From: Bigelowiella natans CCMP2755 | Taxonomy: Eukaryota > Protista > Cercozoa | Length of the DNA: 64,000 nucleotides | Direction of reading: 5' to 3' | Assembly: GCA_000320545.1 (NCBI GenBank) | Contig: ADNK01000875.1 | Span: 310,001 to 374,000, forward strand | Part shown: positions 60,513 to 64,000 of the stretch, piece by piece | Layout of the letters: the number at the start of each line of letters is the position of its first letter | Position numbering within the stretch: position 1 is the stretch's first letter | The notes under the pieces: generated by a model | What the model saw: the letters and a program-made list of their open reading frames with translations, nothing else | Databases searched by the model: none | What the model was told of the DNA's origin: nothing | Position numbers and translations under genes: made by a program

Positions 60513-61568
60513 CTAAAAAAGACTTACGGTGGTGAGTGAGTTGTAAGCTCGCTTGGTTCCCATTCGATAAGGTAACGAGCTAGAATTAGTTCCTCCCATA
60601 ATACCGCCGGTAGCCATGCTTATTGGTAAGGCCCTGTTAGCACGCCCATCGGGGCGTTTCATGTGAGAGCTTTGAATACTTGACAAGCCTAATTCCTCAA
60701 ATTCTTTTCCACTGGAGAGCCTAGGAAAGTTTCTTGGGTTTCGTAGGGCAATGCGGCACCAAGGGGCTTGCTTCCATTGATCACTGTCGTCGTACACAAC
60801 ATGACAGGTTCTGTCTCTCTTGTTCACGGCAACCACCCGGGCCGGAAACAGGGTATTTCGTGTTTCCATGGTGTTGTAAGGAGCAGCCACGAAGTCGCCT
60901 ACCTGTAAACCCCCTCCATGCTGTCGCCTTCTGGGCGTGCTAGTTTCTGTCGTCTTCGAATTACACCTGCTAGCCGTAAGTGTACGGTTCCGATCATCTT
61001 CGATTTCCTCTCGAATGCTTTCACCTTCGGCCTCATTATGGGTTAACATCGCGTCCATCGTAAAGCGGTGATCTAGCCAAAGACGCAGTCTAGCTACGAA
61101 GTCATTAGATATTCTGCGCGCTTGGGTACCAGTTGTAGCCAGGGGCGGCATCGCGTTAAGCACTGCCGCGTCGTGTGAGTACTGCCCATTGAGGTTCAAA
61201 GCTGACCGGTTCAATTCAGTTTTCAGTGCAAGTATGGTGGAACCGTCAAGGACTAAACCGCTCCACTCTCGTTTCAGTTGCCCGCCGTTGTAGCTATTAT
61301 TCAAATATCTAACGAGCGCTCCTATAGTGGCCGTGTCCATCCGTCCTGTTACCGAGGGAATTGCAGTAAGAAATTGCGCACTTGGCTCGCATTGATCGCA
61401 CTTATCATCATCCTCATTGCTGATCCTCCAGAATTTTTTCCGGCAAAGCCAGGTCATGGGTGGATGTTGGTCTCCGAAGGCACGATGTGTGGGATTGAGA
61501 GCGCGAGTGAATAGAACGTACTGCAGGTTCCGTATGATTGTTGGTGAGAGGACAAAGCTGTAATCCAA
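60513..61568 (-). CDS. Intronless ORF with C-terminal Tudor/Agenet-like SH3-fold domain; possibly cargo of an inserted element
   Basis: 351-codon open frame (first ATG near 61457); LQVGDFVAAPY...LFPARVVAVNKRDRTCHVVYDDSDQW matches the Tudor pattern VGDxVxA...YPAxV...VxYDDGD. Confidence 0.55.
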   Translation of the reverse strand: MDYSFVLSPTIIRNLQYVLFTRALNPTHRAFGDQHPPMTWLCRKKFWRISNEDDDKCDQCEPSAQFLTAIPSVTGRMDTATIGALVRYLNNSYNGGQLKREWSGLVLDGSTILALKTELNRSALNLNGQYSHDAAVLNAMPPLATTGTQARRISNDFVARLRLWLDHRFTMDAMLTHNEAEGESIREEIEDDRNRTLTASRCNSKTTETSTPRRRQHGGGLQVGDFVAAPYNTMETRNTLFPARVVAVNKRDRTCHVVYDDSDQWKQAPWCRIALRNPRNFPRLSSGKEFEELGLSSIQSSHMKRPDGRANRALPISMATGGIMGGTNSSSLPYRMGTKRAYNSLTTVSLF

Positions 61569-62199
61569 TATTATTGCAGCAAGATCGGAACTTAGCCTTT
61601 GTCGCAGTATCTTGTGTGCTTCTTGTGTGGCGTCCGGACACCTTCAAAATGTAAAAGTTTAATTCAAACCAGTCACTCTGTATTCGTCAAAATTGAATCA
61701 TTTCGGAATCCCCAGCATGTGAAAGACGCAAAATTTGTCATAGGAGATAGTGGAGTCGTAGAAGTAGGTTACCAGAGCCATTCATCAGTTGGTTCGTCGC
61801 TGTGACTCATCGAACGTGTGCGCAATTCGTGTTTCGACCCCAAGACTTTGGTCCGATAATGGTGGTGGGCGGGTTTCTAGGTTTCAACAGGGTCACTAGC
61901 CCAAGAGAGCAACACGAGACGGAAATCATAGGATGTTTACTTCGTGCGCCTTGATTTCGAAATTTGTCGCAGTAGAAAAATTGGCAGAAATTAAAGAAAT
62001 TCCGGACGGACCGAAACTTGATATCACTGTTCCGCTCCCTTCCGGGGGGATGTAGTGCGCCAACTAGGGTATCCAAGAGGACTTCCGGGGAAACACCAAA
62101 AATATTATTCTTAGATTCCGAAATGACATGACGGTGCCCAAAGGCCTTCCACTCTCTAAGACAACACCCAGAACAAGACGCAACATTAAATTAGACATG

Positions 62200-63167
62200 A
62201 TTTAACTTAAACTGTGTTCCAAATTGCATTAGAAATGTCATTGGTGTGTCTGAAAGAGCGTCTCGTGCAATTTTGCATGAAGAGCCAGATTATGGTATTT
62301 TCAGCATGTTCTAGCTTTTCAGTGATCTCATTGCAACTAAGGGAAATTCTCCCAAACAACAAACAATGGGAAATGTGGGTATGTTCAGGTACCGTACTCA
62401 TCATTCGTGTCGGACTTGAAACTAATGAAAAGTGATCGTGACAAGCGCGTGCGAAGCGAACCCTGGCACACGACGTGCACCAGTGCGTGCAACGTGCACA
62501 CTGTTTGTTGTTCAGCTGTGTCCGTGCTGGCATGGTGGAGGTTTCCAAGTGCACACACACACACACACACACACACACGTCTAGACGCACAGAGATGGAT
62601 GCACGTCACTGACTTGTTGCAACACGCACTCCAGCTGGTCCACTGTGTGTGCGCGACGTGCTGGCAGGCGGTATCAACCTTTGATCGTGCACTTTGTGTG
62701 TGTGTGCACAGAGCATGTGTCAAAGGTCTCGTGCGATGTGGCACCACGCACGTGCACGTCGGGTGCCACTGCTTGAGCCAGCCTTGTGAGCATCAGAACA
62801 AACAATGTGATTGCTGTGCACATGCACATTGCTGTTGACAATCATTGCTCCAGTCCAGCAGTGCTGGTGGTGGGAGTCAGAGCGATCGAGATGTCGTTTC
62901 AAGGGAAACACGTGCAGAGACAGACAGAGCACACATTGCAACAAGCGCAGTCAGTGACACGTGCACGTCTCCATGATGTGCGTCATGGCGTCCGTGCACA
63001 TGCGTGCATGTGTGCGCGTCCAGCGAAAACAGACAAGACACGTGCGCATGCTGGCATGCGTGAAAACGAACCCAACCATCATTTGCGCGATTTGTTTGCG
63101 TTGTCACGGCATGCACACGCGCACTGCCACATAGATTGTCTCCGTGTCCACGCGCCAGCACGGTCCA

Positions 63168-63202
<35 letters not shown>

Positions 63203-63460
63203 ATGTGTGTGTGCAGTCTGCAGCAGACACGCTAGCACGCACACGCGTCGAACGTCCACCACGGAGGTTCAGCGTGACAGCATGACAGCATAACATCCTT
63301 AGTTTGTGCTTGCTTGTACAACACTGAAACACGCTGGCACGTGCGTGCTGTTGCCCACACACCTAGACATGTGTGAGCCAGAATCATCGCAAGCTGGGAC
63401 GACGCCATTCATGCGGCAGGCACATAGGCATCACGCAGATGGTGGTGCGGTGTGTGTCTA
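62200..63460. other. TpA-depleted, TG/CA-rich degenerate tract, probably a mutationally eroded repeat or transposon relic
   Basis: Very few TA dinucleotides (about ten counted by eye over ~1 kb from 62420) and dense gtgc/gcac/acgt. Translations there are Tyr-free and His/Cys-rich. Confidence 0.55.
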
Positions 63461-63494
63461 GCTCAGAGGCAGTTTCATTGTCATGCTGAAGACA

Positions 63495-63821
63495 TCATGT
63501 GCTTCCATGGTTGGAGGTCAGAGACTCTCGCTGATGTCTTTGCTGGCGTCTTCTTTCCTCCCTAGCTTTTCGTCTCATTTCCACAGCAGCTGCTCTTGAG
63601 CTGGCTTCTGCAGGTTCATTTTCCTTCTCAATCTTCTTGCTTTTGCCACTCATTGAACTTCTAGGCATCCCATTCGATTCTATCTTTGCTTCTTCACTTG
63701 GTGGTTGAGTTTTCTTTTTCTCTATGCTTTCACTCTCACATTGAGCTTGAAGCTCTGCTAGCGTAGGCGTCTCTTTCGGCTGGGTCTGATCCTTTGACAG
63801 TATTTCTGATACATGTCCGAC
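63495..63821 (-). CDS. Probable terminal exon of a minus-strand gene continuing beyond the window (charged, low-complexity C-terminus)
   Basis: CAG acceptor at 63824-63822, then about 108 open codons VGHVSEILSKDQTQPKETPTLAELQAQ...EMRRKAREERRRQQRHQRESLTSNHGST* (TGA at 63495-63497). Confidence 0.5.
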   Translation of the reverse strand, partial: VGHVSEILSKDQTQPKETPTLAELQAQCESESIEKKKTQPPSEEAKIESNGMPRSSMSGKSKKIEKENEPAEASSRAAAVEMRRKAREERRRQQRHQRESLTSNHGST

Positions 63822-63951
63822 CTGTTGTTATCTAAATTAATGGTTACAGAGGGAAAAATTGGCATATGATTCTTACGAGTTTATCCAGCTTAGTAAGCAT
63901 AGATTCCGAATCTGACCCTTCATTCTGAAATATTAAGTCAATTGAAGTTGA

Positions 63952-63995
<44 letters not shown>

Positions 63996-64000
63996 GCTGC

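Overview
Eukaryotic nuclear DNA from an intron-rich protist. Several genes carry signal-peptide plus transit-like leaders, which suggests an alga with a secondary plastid (chlorarachniophyte-like; inference only). Hand-splicing across GT-AG introns gives about 14 genes: a KH-domain RNA-binding protein (partial), an intronless RfbH/ColD-like PLP sugar dehydratase, a large hypothetical gene, a Cj0069-family ATP-grasp enzyme with an organellar presequence, a C2 + CEP76/CC2D2A-type protein, a probable plastid membrane protein, URI1/Bud27, an F-box-like + tandem Tudor/chromo-barrel protein, EttA (ABC-F), COG4, a C2 + fascin-like protein, a tandem La-motif + Nudix hydrolase protein that the ORF track cannot show, an intronless Tudor-like ORF and the last exon of one more gene. 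Four things stand out: (1) the La-La-Nudix architecture; (2) gene orientation alternates strictly (-,+,-,+...), and every tail-to-tail spacer has a distinctive palindromic-oligomer composition; (3) three of those spacers share a conserved element ending in TTCATTACATCCGTCT(C/T)ACA; (4) a TpA-depleted, apparently hypermutated tract near the right end. Exon boundaries were read by eye and outer gene coordinates are approximate. Most short ORFs in the track are microsatellite artefacts.
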